NCBI GenBank assembly: GCA_030390025.1
Contig: CM059432.1
Coordinates: forward strand, 10,788,001-10,852,000
Direction of reading: 5' to 3'
Origin: Squalus acanthias
Lineage: Eukaryota
Length of the DNA: 64,000 bases
Program-made: the position numbers and the translations under genes
Notes under the pieces: model-generated
Told to the model about the DNA's origin: nothing
Seen by the model: the letters and a program-made list of their open reading frames with translations, nothing else
The model's database searches: none
Shown: piece by piece, positions 50,609 through 63,570 of the stretch
Layout of the letters: every line of letters starts with the position of its first letter
Numbering within the stretch: the stretch's first letter is position 1

Positions 50609-53600
50609 ACACTGGGCACCTGAGCAGGGAGACAGAGGAAAGCCTGTCAGGAAGGGACAGAAGGTATGGAGTAAAAGGTAAAGTGTTAAAAAAGGAAAAA
50701 GCAGGAACTAAGTGTCACAAAACATATTTGAAAGTTCTTTATCTGAATGCACGTAGCATTCGTAACAAAATGGACGAGTTAACGGCACAAATAACTGGTG
50801 GCCATTAAAGAAACATGGCTGCAGGGTGACAACGATTGGGAACTAAATATGCCAGGGTATTTAACAATCAGGAAGGACAGGCAGGAAGAAAGGGGAGGTG
50901 GGGTGGCTATGTTAATAAAGGAAGGAATCACTGTAATACAGAGAAATGATATTGGGTCAAAGGATCAGGATAATGAAACAGTTTGGGTGGAGATAAGGAA
51001 TAATAAGGGGAAAAAAACACTAGTGGGAGTAGTATATAGGCCTCCTAATAGTTGCAACTCTGCTGGAAGAAGTATTAATCAGGAAATAGTTGGGGCATGT
51101 AATAAGGGAACAGCTATAATTATGGGGGATTTTAACTATCATATTAACTGGACAAATCAAATTGGGCAGGGCAGCCTTGAGGAAGAGTTTATTGAGTGTA
51201 TTAGGGATGGATTTCTTGAGCAGTATGTAACTGATCCTACAAGGGGGCAAGCAACCTTGGACCTGGTCCTGTGTAATGAGTCAGGATTAATTAATAATGT
51301 CCTAGTTAAGGATCCCCTTGGAATGAGTGACCATAACATGGTTGAATTCCATATCCAATTAGAGGGTGAGAAGGTTCTCAAACAAGCGTACTGAGCTTGA
51401 ATAAAGGAGACTATGATGGTATGAGAGCAGAATTGATTAAAGTGGACTGGGAAAATAGATTAAAGGGTAAGACGGTACATGAGCAGTGGTGTTCATTTAA
51501 GGAGCTATTTTACAACTTTCAAAAAATATATATTCCACTGAGGAAAAAAGGGTGTAAAAGAAATGACAGCCATCCGTGGCTAAGTAAAGAAATTAAGGAT
51601 AGTATCCGACTAAAAACAAGGACATATAAGGTAGCCAAACTTAGTGGGAGGATAGAAGATTGGGAAGTCTTCAAAAGACAGCAAAAAGTAACTAAAGGAT
51701 TGATTAAGAAAGGGAAGATAGATTATGAAAATAAATTAGCAAAAAATATAAAAACAGATAGCAAGAGTTTCTATAGTTATATAAAAAGAAAAAGGGTGGC
51801 TAAGGCAAACGTAGGTCCCTTAGAGGATGAGACTGGGAAATTAATGGTGGGAAACATGGAGATGGCAAAAATGCTGAACAAATATTTTGTTTCAGTCTTT
51901 ACGGTAGAGGACACTAAGAATATCCAACACTGGACAAACAGGGGGCTCTAGGGGGGGGGGGGGGGGGGGGGGGGGGGAGGAGCTAAATACGATTAAAATC
52001 ACTAAGGAATTGGTACTCAGTAAAATAATGGGACTCAAGGCGGATAAATCCCCTGGACCTGATGGCTTACATCCTAGGGTCTTGAGGGAAGTGGCAGTAG
52101 GGATTGTGGATGCTTTGGTAATAATTTTCCAAAATTCCCTGGACTCGGCAAAGGTCCCGGCAGATTGGAAAACTGCTAATGTAACACCCTTATTTAAAAA
52201 GGGTAGTAGGCAGAAGGCTGGAAATTATAGACCAGTTAGCCTAACATCTGTGGTGGGTAAAATTTTGGAGTCGATTATTAAGGAGACAGTAACGGAACAT
52301 TTAGATAAACATAATTTAATAGGACAAAGTCAGCATGGCTTTATGAAGGGGAAGTCATGTCTGACAAATTTGCTTGAGTTCTTTGAGGACATAACGTACA
52401 GGGTGGATAAAGGGGAACCAGTGGACGTAGTCTATTTAGACTTCCAGAAGGCATTCGACAAGGTGCCACATAAAAGATTATTGCTCAAGATAAAAAATCA
52501 CTGGATTGGGGGTAATATTCTGGCATGGGTGGAGGATTGGTTATCTAACAAGAAGCAGAGAGTTGGGATAAATGGTTCATTCTCGGACTGGCAACCAGTA
52601 GCCAGTGGTGTTCCGCAGGGGTCGGTGCTGGGTCCCCAACTCTTCACAATCTATATTAACGATTTGGAGGAGGGGACCGAGTGTAACATATCAAAGTTTG
52701 CAGATGATACAAAGATGGGAGGGAAAGTAGAAAGTGAGGAGGACATAAAAAACCTACAAGGGGATATAGACAGGCTGGGTGAGTGGGCGGAGATTTGGCA
52801 GATGCAATACAATATTGGAAAATGTGAGGTTATGCACTTTGGCAGGAAAAAATCAGAGAGCAAGTTATTATCTTAATGGCGAGAAACTGGAAAGTACTGC
52901 AGTACAAAGGGATCTGGGGGGTCTTAGTGCAAGAAAATCAAAAAGTTAGTATGCAGGTGATCAAGAAGGCCAATGGAATGTTGGCTTTTATTGCTAGGGG
53001 ATAGATTATAAAAACAGGGCGGTATTGCTGCAGTTATATAAGGTATTGGTGAGACCGCACCTGGAATACTGCATACAGTTTTGGTGTCCATACTTAAGAA
53101 AAGACATACTTGCTCTCGAGGCAGTACAAAGAAGGTTCACTCGGTGAGGGGGTGGACATATGAGGAGAGGTTGAGTAGATTGGGACTCTTCTCATTGGGG
53201 TTCAGAAGAATGAGAGGCGATTTTATTGAAACATATAAGATTGTGAAGGGGCTTGATCGGGTGGATGCGGTAAGGATGTTCCCAAGGATGGGTGAAACTA
53301 GAACTAGGGGGCATAATCTTAGAATAAGGGGCTGCTCTTTCAAAACTGAGATGAGGAGAAACTTCTTCACTCAGAGGGTAGTAGGTCTGTGGAATTTGCT
53401 GCCCCAGGAAGCTGTGGAAGCTACATCATTAAATAAATTTAAAACAGAAATAGATAGTTTCCTAGAGGTAAAGGGAATTAGGGGTTACGGTGAGCGGGCA
53501 GGAAATTGGACATGAGGCTGAGTTCGGATCGGTCAGGGCCCTGTGGGTGGCGGAGCGGGCCCAGGGGCTGAGTGGCCGGGTCCTGCTCCTACTTCTTGAG

Positions 53601-53715
53601 TTCTTTAGATTTGAGGTTAGGATCAGATCAGCCATGATCTTATTGAATGGCGGAGCAGGCTCGAGGGGCCGATTGGCCTACTCCTGCTCCTATTTCTTAT
53701 GTTCTTATATTCTTA
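50609..53715 (+). mobile_element. CR1 'C': complete but frameshifted ORF2, doubled 3' UTR
   Basis: ORFs 50798, 51397, 52010 and 53081 cover APE to the RT C-terminus; tail ttcttatgttcttatattctta. Confidence 0.95.
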
Positions 53716-54211
53716 AATAGGAGCAGGAGTAGGCCACTTGGCCCCTCAAGCCTGCTCCGCCATTCAATAAGATCATGGCTGATCTTGCGCTCAAAGCCAC
53801 TTCCCTGCCCGCTCCCCATAACCCTTCACTCCCTTATCTTGCAAAAATCTGTCCATCTCCACCTTAAATGTATTTAATGACCCAGCCTCCACAGCTCTCT
53901 GGGGCAGAGAATTCCACAGGTTTACGACCCTCAGAGAAGAAATTCCTCCTCATCTCAGTTCGAAAAGGGCGACCCTTTATTCTGAAACTGTGCCCCCGAG
54001 TTCTAGATTTCCTCACGAGGGGAAACATCCTCTCTGCATCTACCTTGTCGAGCCCCCTCAGTATCTTATATGTTTCAGTAAGATCACCTCTCATTCTTCT
54101 AAATTCTAATGAGTATAGGCCCAGCCTGCTCAACCTTTCCTCATAAGTCAACCCCCTCATCTCTGGGATTAACCTAGTGAATCGTCTCTGAACTGCCTCC
54201 AATGCAAGTAT
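53716..54211 (-). mobile_element. CR1 'B' 3' fragment, with its tail remnant at 50599-50608
   Basis: ORF 53864-54202; the 3' UTR abuts element C; aagaaacata lies on the other side of C. Confidence 0.88.
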
Positions 54212-55880
54212 AGTGTTTTATAAAAGGTTCATCACAACTTCTTTGCTTTTGTTCTCTATGCCTCTATTTATGAAGCCCAGGATCCTGTATGCTTTTTTAA
54301 CTGCTTTCTCAACCTGCCCTACCACCTTCAACGATTTGTGCACATATACCCCCAGGTCTCTCTGTTCATGCACCCCCTTTAGAATTGTACCCTTTAGTTT
54401 ATATTGCCTCTCCTACCAAATTATATCACTTCGCACTTTTCTGCATTAAATTTCATCTGCCACGTGCTCGCTCATTCCACCAGCCTGTCGATGTCCTCTT
54501 GAAGTCTATCACTATCCTCCTCACTGTTCACTATACTTTCAAGTTTTGTGTCATCTGCAAATTTTGAAATTGTGCCCTGTACACCCAAGTCCAAGTCATT
54601 GATATATATCAAGAAAAGCAGTGGTCCTAGTACCGACCCCAGGGGAACACCACTGTATACGTTCCTCCAGTCCGAAAAACAACCGTTCACCACTACTCTC
54701 TGTTTCCTGTCACTTAGCCAATTTCGTATCCATGCTGCCACTGTCCCTTTCATTCCATGGGCTTCAACTTTGCTGGCAAGCCTATTATGTGGCACTTTAT
54801 CAAACGTCCTTTTGGAGGTCAGTGTACACCACGTCAACCGCACTGCCCTCATCAACCCTCTCTGTTACCTCATCAAAGAACTCAGTCAAGTTAGTTAAAC
54901 ACGATTTGCCTTTAAACTCCAATTTATTTTTTGCTCCAATTTTCCTTATACTGTGACTTCTGCTGAGAGTACACTGCCACAGATATCAGCAGCAACCACT
55001 GCTACTCCAGCAAAAATCAGATAACTTAACACAGACTAGGTATCAAACAGTATTGGTTTCAAAAAAATTCATTGAATTGGTATTTACATTTTTTTTGTTT
55101 ATGTGAGGATAACTATTCCCTGTATTGCAGTTTTCCTCCCTCCTTTCTCTGGTCTTCCAATACCACAGATAGTCAAGAAGACAACCTGCTTCCAGGACTT
55201 CACTATGTATATGGAGCAGCCTGGAGACAAGACTCCCTATCTCACATCATGTGGAGCGTCATCAGGTTTCAGCTCATTGTCCCCCAACCACCACAGCAGT
55301 AACTCATCATCATGTGCAGAATCATAGGCAAACCCACTTTTACAATTCAGGCACACTCCATATACTTTTCCCCATGCCCTAGCGAAAGGTTCACAGCCAC
55401 AGGCAAGACTCCATTCCCTATGAACCGAAACATGATCATATTGATCAAGTCATCTGTAATCGTGGGCCACCTTTTACCGAAGAGGTACATACTTGAAATA
55501 ATAGATTACCACTATAAACTCCTGATCTATCCAACTGACTGTAAAATACTCTGACAGACCAGGGCCCCGATATTTACTGGGGCGGGGTTCCAGAGTGAGG
55601 AGGAGGAGTTGTGGTCAGGAAACACGAAAGTGCAGTTTCAACAACCGAACCGACTCCCGAGAGCGGATGGGCTGTCCGCCCCTCGTCCCACCTCCATTAA
55701 AACTAGTGAGTTGGAGGAGGGTTGGGTTCCCGTTTGAAAGTTTCAACATTTTTACTTCCCATCCGACCCAAACCCACCCGTTTTTGGTGGGTTGAAATTA
55801 CCCACCATATGTCTCAGGCTAAAACTACAAATCGGGTTTATTAAGAAACAAAATCAGCAGAAGCAAGAGTCAAAAATAGC

Positions 55881-58800
55881 ACATAGAAACACAGAAAAAT
55901 AGGAGCAGGAGTCGGCCATTCGGCCCTTCGAGCCTGCTCCGCCATTCAATATGATCATGGCTGATCCTCTATCTCAATACCATATTCCTGCTCTCTCCCC
56001 ATATCCCTTGATGCCTTTTGTGTCTAGAAATCCATCTATCTCCTTTTTAAATATATTCAGTGACTTGGCCTCCACAGCCTTCTGTGGCAGAGAATTCTGT
56101 AGGTTCACCAGCCTCTGAGTGAAGAAATTTCTCCTCATCTCAGTCCTAAATGTCCTACCCCATATCCAGAGACTGTGACCCCTTGTTCTAGACCCCCCAG
56201 CCAGGGGAAACATCCTCCCTGCATCCAATCTGCCTAGCCCGGTCAGAATTTTATACGTTTCAATGAGATCTAATCTCATTCTTCTAAACTCTAGTGAATA
56301 CAGGCCTAGTCGACCCAATCTCTCCTCATACAACAGTCCTGCCATTCCAGGAATCAGTCTGGTAAACCTTCGCTGCACTCCCTCTATGGCAAGTATATCC
56401 TTTCTTAGGTAAGGAGACCAAAACTGCATACAGTACTCCAGGTGTGGTCTCACCAAGGCCCTATATAACTGTAGTAAGATATCCTTGCTCCTGTACTCAA
56501 ATCCTCTTGCAATGAAGGCCAACATACCATTTGTCTTCCAAACTGCTTGCTGCACCTGCATGTTTGCTTTCAGTGACTGGTGTACAAGGATACCCAATCT
56601 ATCACCATTTAAATAATACTCTGCCTTTCTGTTTTTCCTACCGAAGTGGATAACTTCACATTTATCCACGTTATTCTGCATCTGCCATCTCCCACTCACT
56701 CAACTTGTCTAAATCGCCTCAAAGCCACTTTGCATCCTCCTCACAACCCCACCTAGTTTCGTGTCGTCAGCAAACTTGGAAATATTACATTTGGTTCCCT
56801 CATCCAAATCAGTGATATATATTGTGAATAGCTGGGGCCCAAGCACTGATCCCTGCGGTACCCCACTAGTCACCACCTGCCACCCCGAAAAAGAACCATT
56901 TATTCCTACTCTCTGTTTCCTGTCTGTTAACCAATTTTCAATCCATGCCAGTATATTACCCCCAATCCCATGTGCTTTAATTTTGCACACTAACCTCTTA
57001 TGTGGGACTTTATCAAAGGCCTTCTGAAAATCCAAATACACCACATCCACTGGTTCTCCCTTATCTATTATACGAGTTACATCCTCAAAAAACTCCAGTA
57101 GGTTTGTCAAACACGATTTCCCTTTCATAAATCCATGCTGACTTTGTCTAATCCCGTTGATATTTTCCAAGTGTCCTGTTATCACATCCTTTATGTCTTC
57201 ACAAAGGAGGACACAAATAACCTCCCAGAGATGTCGGGGAACATAGGGTCTAATGAGAGGGAAGAACTGAATGAAATCAGTATTTGTAGGGAAATGGTGT
57301 TAGGGAAATTGATGGGAATGAAGGCCGATAAATCCCCAGGGCCTGATAATCTACATCCTAGGGTACTTAAGGAAGTGGCCATAGAAATAGTAGATGCATT
57401 GCTGGTCATCTTCCAAAATTCTATGGACTCTGGAATAGTTCCCATGGATTGGAGGGTAGCTAATGTAACCCCACTATTTAAAAAAGGTGGGAGAGAGAAA
57501 ACAGGGAATTATAGACCGGTAAGCCTGACATCGGTAGTGGGGAAAATGCTAGAGTCCATTATAAAAGATGTAATGGCAGAGCACTTGGAAAACAGTGACA
57601 GGATTGGACAAAGTCAACATGGATTTACAAAAGGTAAATCGTGCTTGACTAATCTACTGGAATTTTTTGAGGATGTAACTGGTAGAATAGATAAGGGAGA
57701 ACCAGTGGATGTGGTGTATTTGGACTTTCAGAAGGCTTTCGATAAGGTCCCGCATAAGAGATTAGCGTGCAAAGTTAAAGCACATGGGATTGGGGGTAAG
57801 GTACTGACTTGGATAGAGAACTGGTTGGCAGACAGGAAGCAAAGAGTTGGAATAAACGTGTCTTTTTCCGAGTGGCAGGCAGTGACTAGTGGGGTACCGC
57901 AGGGATCGGTGCTAGGACCCCAGTTATTCACAATATATATTAATGATCTAGACGAGGGAACTAGATGTAATATCTCCAAGTTTGCAGACGACACAAAGCT
58001 GGGTGGGCGTGTGCGTTGTGAGGAGGATGCAGAGAAACTCCAGTATGATTTGGACAAGTTGGGTGATTGGGCAGATGCAGTATAATGTGGATAAATGCGA
58101 GGTTATCCACTTTGGTGGCAAAAACAGGAAGGCAGATTATCTGAACGTCAATAGATTGGGAAAAGGGGAAGTGCAACGAGACCTGGGAGTCCTTGTGCAC
58201 CAGTCGTTGAAGGTAAGCATGCAGGTGCAGCAGGTGGTTAAGAAGGCAAATGGTATGTTGGCCTTCGTAGCGAGAGGATTGGAGTACAGGAGCAACGATG
58301 TCTTGCTGCAGTTGTACAGGGCCTTGGTGAGACCACACCTTGAGTATTGTGTGCAGTTTTGGTCACCTTATCTGAGGAAGGACGTTCTTGCCATGGAGGG
58401 AGTGCAGCTAAGATTCACCAGACTGATACCTGGGATGGCAGGAATGACGTATGAAGAGAGATTGGGACGATTGGGCTTGTATTCGCTAGAGTTTAGAAGA
58501 ATGAGAGGGGATCTCATTGAAACTTATAAAATTCTAACAGGACTAGACAGACTAGATGCAGGAAGGATGTTCCCGATGGTGGGGGAGTCCAGAACCAGGG
58601 GTCACAGTCTAAGGATAAGGGGTAAGCCATTTAGGACTGAGATGAGGAGGAATTTCTTCACCCAGAGAGTGGTGAACCTGTGGAATTCTCTACCACAGAA
58701 GGCAGTTGAGGCCAATTCATTAAATATATTCAAGAAGGAGTTAGATATATTTCTTAAGGCTAAAGGGATCAAGGGATATGGGGAGAAAGCAGGGACAGGG

Positions 58801-61480
58801 TACTGAATTTGGATGATCAGCCATGATCTCATTGAATGGCGGAGCCGGCTAGAGGGGCCAAATGGCCTACTCCTGCTCCTATCTTCTATGTTTCTATGTA
58901 ATAGACTCAAGAATTTTCCCTACTACTGAGGTTAGGCTAACCGGTCTGTAGTTCCCTGTATTCTCTCTCCCTCCTTTTTTAAATAGTGGGGTTACATTTG
59001 CCACCCTCCAATCTGCAGGAACTGTTCCATAATCTATAGAATTTTGGAAGATGACAACCAATGCATCCACTATTTCCATGGCTACCTCTTTTAGTACTCT
59101 GGGATGCAGATTATCAAGCCCTGGGGATTTATCAGCTTTCAGTCCCATTAATTTCTTCAGCACTATTTTTTTACTAATACTAATTTCCTTTAATTCCTCC
59201 TTCGCACTAGACCCTTGTTTCCCTAGCATTTCTGTTAAGTTATTGGTGTCCTCTTCCATGAAGACAGAACCAAAGTATTTGTTTAATTGCTCTGCCATTT
59301 CCTTGTTCCCCGTTATAAATTCTCCCGTTTCTGACTGTAAGGGACCTACATTTGCCTTCACTAATCTTTTTCTTTTTACAAACTTGTAGAAGCTTTTACA
59401 ATCCGCTTTTATGTTCCTTGCAAGTTTACTCTCACTCTATTTTTCCCCTCTTAATCCATCTCTTGGTCCTTTTTTGCTGAACTCTAAACTGCTCCCAATC
59501 CTCAGGCTTGCTACTTTTTCTGGCAACTTTATATGACTCCTCTTTGGATCTAATACTATCCTTAATTTCTTTTGTTAGCCATGGCTGGGCCGCTTTTCCT
59601 TTTGTGTTTTTGCACCAGAAAGGAAGGTATAACTGTTGCAATTCATGCATTTGTTCCTTAAATGTTAGCCATTGCCTATCCACCATCATGCCTTTTAATG
59701 AAGCTCCCCAATCTATCATAGCCAACTCACTCCTCAGACCTTCGTAGTTTCCTTTGTTTAGATTTGGGACCCTAGTTTCGGATTGGACTTCTTCACTTTC
59801 CATCTTAATGAAGAATTCATGTTATGGTCACTCTTCCCTCAAGGGCCCCGCACAACAAGATTATTAATTAACCCCTTCTCATTGCACAATACCCAATCTA
59901 GGATAGCCTGTTCCCTAGTTGGCTCCTCAACGTACTGGTCTAAAAAACCATCTCGTACACACTCCAGGAATTCATCCTCCACAGTGTTATTGCTAATTTG
60001 GTTTGGCCAGTCTATATGTAGATTAATGTCACCCATGATTACTGTCGTACCCTTCTTACATGCATCTCTAATTTCCTGTTTGATGCCATCCCCTACATTA
60101 CCACTACTGTTTGGAGGCCGATAGACAACTCCCACCAATGTTTTCTGCCCCTTGGTGCTTCTTAGCTCCCCCAGACTGATTCTACATCTTGATTTTCTGA
60201 GCCAATTTCCTTTCTCACTATTGCTCTGATTTCATCCTTTACTAACAACGCCACCCCACCTCCTTTTCCTTTTTGCCTGTCCCTCCTAAATATCGAATAT
60301 CCTTGGATATTCAGCTCCCAGCCTTGGTCACCCTGCAGCCATGTCTCCGTAACTGCAATTATATCTTATCCGTTTACATCTATTTGCGCTGTTAATTCAT
60401 CTACCTTATTACGAATGCTTCGTGCATTCAGATACAGTGCCTTCAGATTTGTCTTTTTAACATTTTTAGACCTCAACATTTTTTTGTACTATGGCCCTAT
60501 TTGTCTTATTACCATTTTATTACCATTTCTTCTTACCCGGACTCCATTTGTTAGTGCACTCCTTTGTTTGGACGCTCTGTCCCTTCCTGACACAATCTGG
60601 TTATCCTTACCCCAATCACTTTCCTGCACTGCTTCCTTGTCTTTTCTCTTTAGCATTCTAGATTTCTATCCACCAGGACCCTCACCCCCCCCCCCTTATT
60701 TAGTTTAAAGCCCTATCTACCTCCCTAGTTATTCAATTCGCTAGAACTCTGGTCCCAGGCATGGTTCAGGTGTAGTCCGTCCCAACGGAACAGCTCTCTC
60801 TTTCCCCAGTACTGGTGCCAGTGCCCCACAAATCGAAACCCACTTCTCCCACACCAATCTTTGAGCCACGCATTCATCTCCCTGATCCTATTGACCCTAT
60901 GCCAATTTGCTCGTGGCTCTGGTAATAATTCAGAGATTATCACCTTTGTGGTTCTGCTTTTTAATTTAGTCCCTAGCTGCTCAAACTCTCTCAGCAGAAC
61001 CTCTTTCTTTGTCCTACCTATGTCGTTAGTTCCTACGTGGACCACGACAACTGGATCCTCCCCCTCCCACTCCCACTCCAAGTTCTTCTCCAGCCCGGAG
61101 ATGATGTCCTTTACCCTGGCACCGGGTAGGCAACATAGCCTTCGGGACTCACGCTCCTGGCTGCAGAGAACAGTGTCTATCCCCCTAACTATACTGTCGC
61201 CTACTACAACCACCTTCCTTTTTACTCCCCCCACTCGAACGGCTTCCTGTACCACGGTGCCGTGGTCAGTTTGCTCGTCCTCCCCGCAGTCCCCGCACTT
61301 GTCCACAAGGGTTGCAAGAACCTCGAATCTATTGGACAAGTGCAGGGACTGAGGCTCCTGCAATACTACCTCCTGGATCCCCATACCTGCCTCACTCACA
61401 GTCACACCCTCCTGTCCCTGACCACGTGTCAATTCTGAAGTATTTAATCTAAGGGGTGCGGCTGCCTCCTGGACACATCG
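55881..61480 (-). mobile_element. Near full-length CR1 'D' (55881-57193 + 58899-61480) split by CR1 'E'
   Basis: ORF1 esterase 60725-61489 (VVGDSIVR, VHVGTND, DGLHLN), APE, RT; the halves rejoin in frame as ESII-KDVITG. Confidence 0.95.
57194..58898 (+). mobile_element. Young 5'-truncated CR1 'E' inserted antisense into D
   Basis: RT ORFs 57135 and 57982 separated by an 11-nt deletion; near-identical to 39316-40686; ttctatgtttctatg tail. Confidence 0.95.
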
Positions 61481-63199
61481 ATAAATCACACTGGTTCACT
61501 AACTCATGAAATCTGTTACGAAACAATAACATTTCTTAATGCTCTCACAGATTTCAGAAGTAACACTTCTAGTTTAGACTGGCTTGCTAAGGCAAAGTTT
61601 ATAAGTCAAATCAGATATTCACTGAATCTCAAACCAGCCTCTGCTTGTAGCTGCAGTATGAAAGTTGCTTTGTTTCAAAGGTGGAAACACTGCATCGGGA
61701 AAACCTGTCAGGCAGATATTGTGTGCATTAAAACCTTATTTGAGACTGACAACTTTATTTAATTGTGGAAGATACCCATTTAATCTTCTTTTAACCTGGC
61801 GTAAATTTATTTTGAAATCTGAACTGGCACTGGTTTTCCTGATAAAAGGTTTGCACCCGTGAATTAACGCAACTTTGAGAGAGGTGGGAAGCTTTCCCGC
61901 CCCTACTGATTTTAACATGTTCTGAAGTTTGAAGTGTAAACTTTTGATTACATATTTTATGCTACTCCTCCCAAGCAGGGAAAAAGTTTTGAAATTTAAT
62001 TGGGGGGGGGGGGGAAATCAGAAAACAAACTTCTTAATACCGTGCGTCTTTTACATTTTTCGTGTGATTTTACGAAAATACTGAAAGTTTAGATTCCTCC
62101 CCCACCCCATAAACTGGTCAGCTACCATAGCTCCATAAAATATTAAATAAATATATATATATATTATATATAAATAATCTTCTCATATTTAAAATAAGAT
62201 AGATCTCCAATTTGTCAAACCCATATCCCACCATTCTATGGGTCCACACATCACAGGTCCAAGTTTTCTTTATTGGAATGGAACAAAATGTAAACGTAGC
62301 AAAAACTCTTGAGGTTTTAATGAGCCATTAAAAGTTAAATGCAAGTCATGTGGGGTTTGTTTGTATGAGGAAGAGATTAATTTTGAAAATCCAGTTCTGT
62401 CAGGGTCATTGTTTTGGAAAGCTACTGTGTCAGTTGACTTTAAAAATATTTTAAGTAAAAAAAAAACACAAGCAAGCGTTTTTAAGACTTCCCCTGCTCT
62501 GCTTCTATTTAGGGCTATCCTTCAGCACAGTGCTAAAATCCTCTAAGATTATACCACCAGAGTGTGAAAAGTTACCAGAGTTAATACCAAAGGGCAAGCA
62601 TATCAAAATACATACCGTCAAATTTCTATACTGTGACATCCCTATTTGAGTCCTTATTTAGTCATAAATTGTCCAGTAAATCAGACAGACAGGGAAGAAA
62701 GGCAACATGCTAAGTTTTAGTATACTGGTTCCCTCTCCGCAGATGCTGCCTGACCTACTGAGTGTTTCCAGCATCTTTTGATTGCGTAGAAAAGGGCCAA
62801 ATGTAATTGGTTAAGTAACTCATTGACCTCGAACTGTCAAACCGAGGTCAAATCCCAGTCTTGACTATGTTTGTATTTAAGCTTCTCCTTTCTCCAGATA
62901 GCAAGCTTCTTCAGTCTCAGCACAACCATCTGCAGTAAAAAGCCACTCCTGAAACATGTGGCCAGGTCTGCAGGGTCAATCACTTCACTCTACCAAACAA
63001 GATAAATTGGGGATGTGGGAATAGGGAAAAGGAAGGAACCAAAAAAGTAATTTCTTATACTATTTAACATTACAAGTGCTTAGAAATAAAAATTTCGAAA
63101 AATTCTTAAACAAAATTATACAATCTATAATCTAGAACTCGAGATTTTAATAAGTTCTAACAAAATTATGGAATTTTATTTGGCAGCAATGTGCATCTG

Positions 63200-63570
63200 T
63201 ATTTTTTTCTCTTCCATCTCTTGTTGCAGTACTGTACAATAGGTGCTGGTAGCCTTTTGGTACCTCATCCAAGTGGCTGTTTATCGTGTGCAGGACTAGA
63301 TGCTCAGTAAAGTCATTTGACGGCAGAGACCATCACAACCTATCCGACCTGGTCTTCACACAAGTTACACTCACGCACACTTTCCAACAGGGGTCATGGG
63401 ATATTAATTAAGAGTGGAAACTCTGAGTTTCCCCTTCCCTATTCCAGCGGCACTGAGGCCAACTGTAAGGCTTTAAATGGCTCTGTGGCTGAGATCAGCT
63501 AACTCCGCGCAGAACTACCATCAAACCTGGGGTTTTCTGCGGTGTGTGACTTGGTACCAAGCTGGACAGT
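63200..63570 (-). mobile_element. LF-SINE-like relic, the most complete copy
   Basis: On -: gagttagctgatctcagcc...tacagttggcctcagtgcc...acccctgttggaaagtgtgcgtgagtgt...gccacttggatgaggtacc. Confidence 0.7.

Larger units (their letters stand above)
50030..54914 (-). mobile_element. CR1 'A' (50030-50598 + 54212-54914) split by nested insertions
   Basis: The halves rejoin at the duplicated AGTGTT (50593-50598 and 54212-54217); ORFs 50169-50495 and 54472-54855. Confidence 0.88.

Noticed and set aside
55561..55805. Possible MITE with GGG...CCC ends
   Set aside because: TIRs are weak and no TSD could be established.
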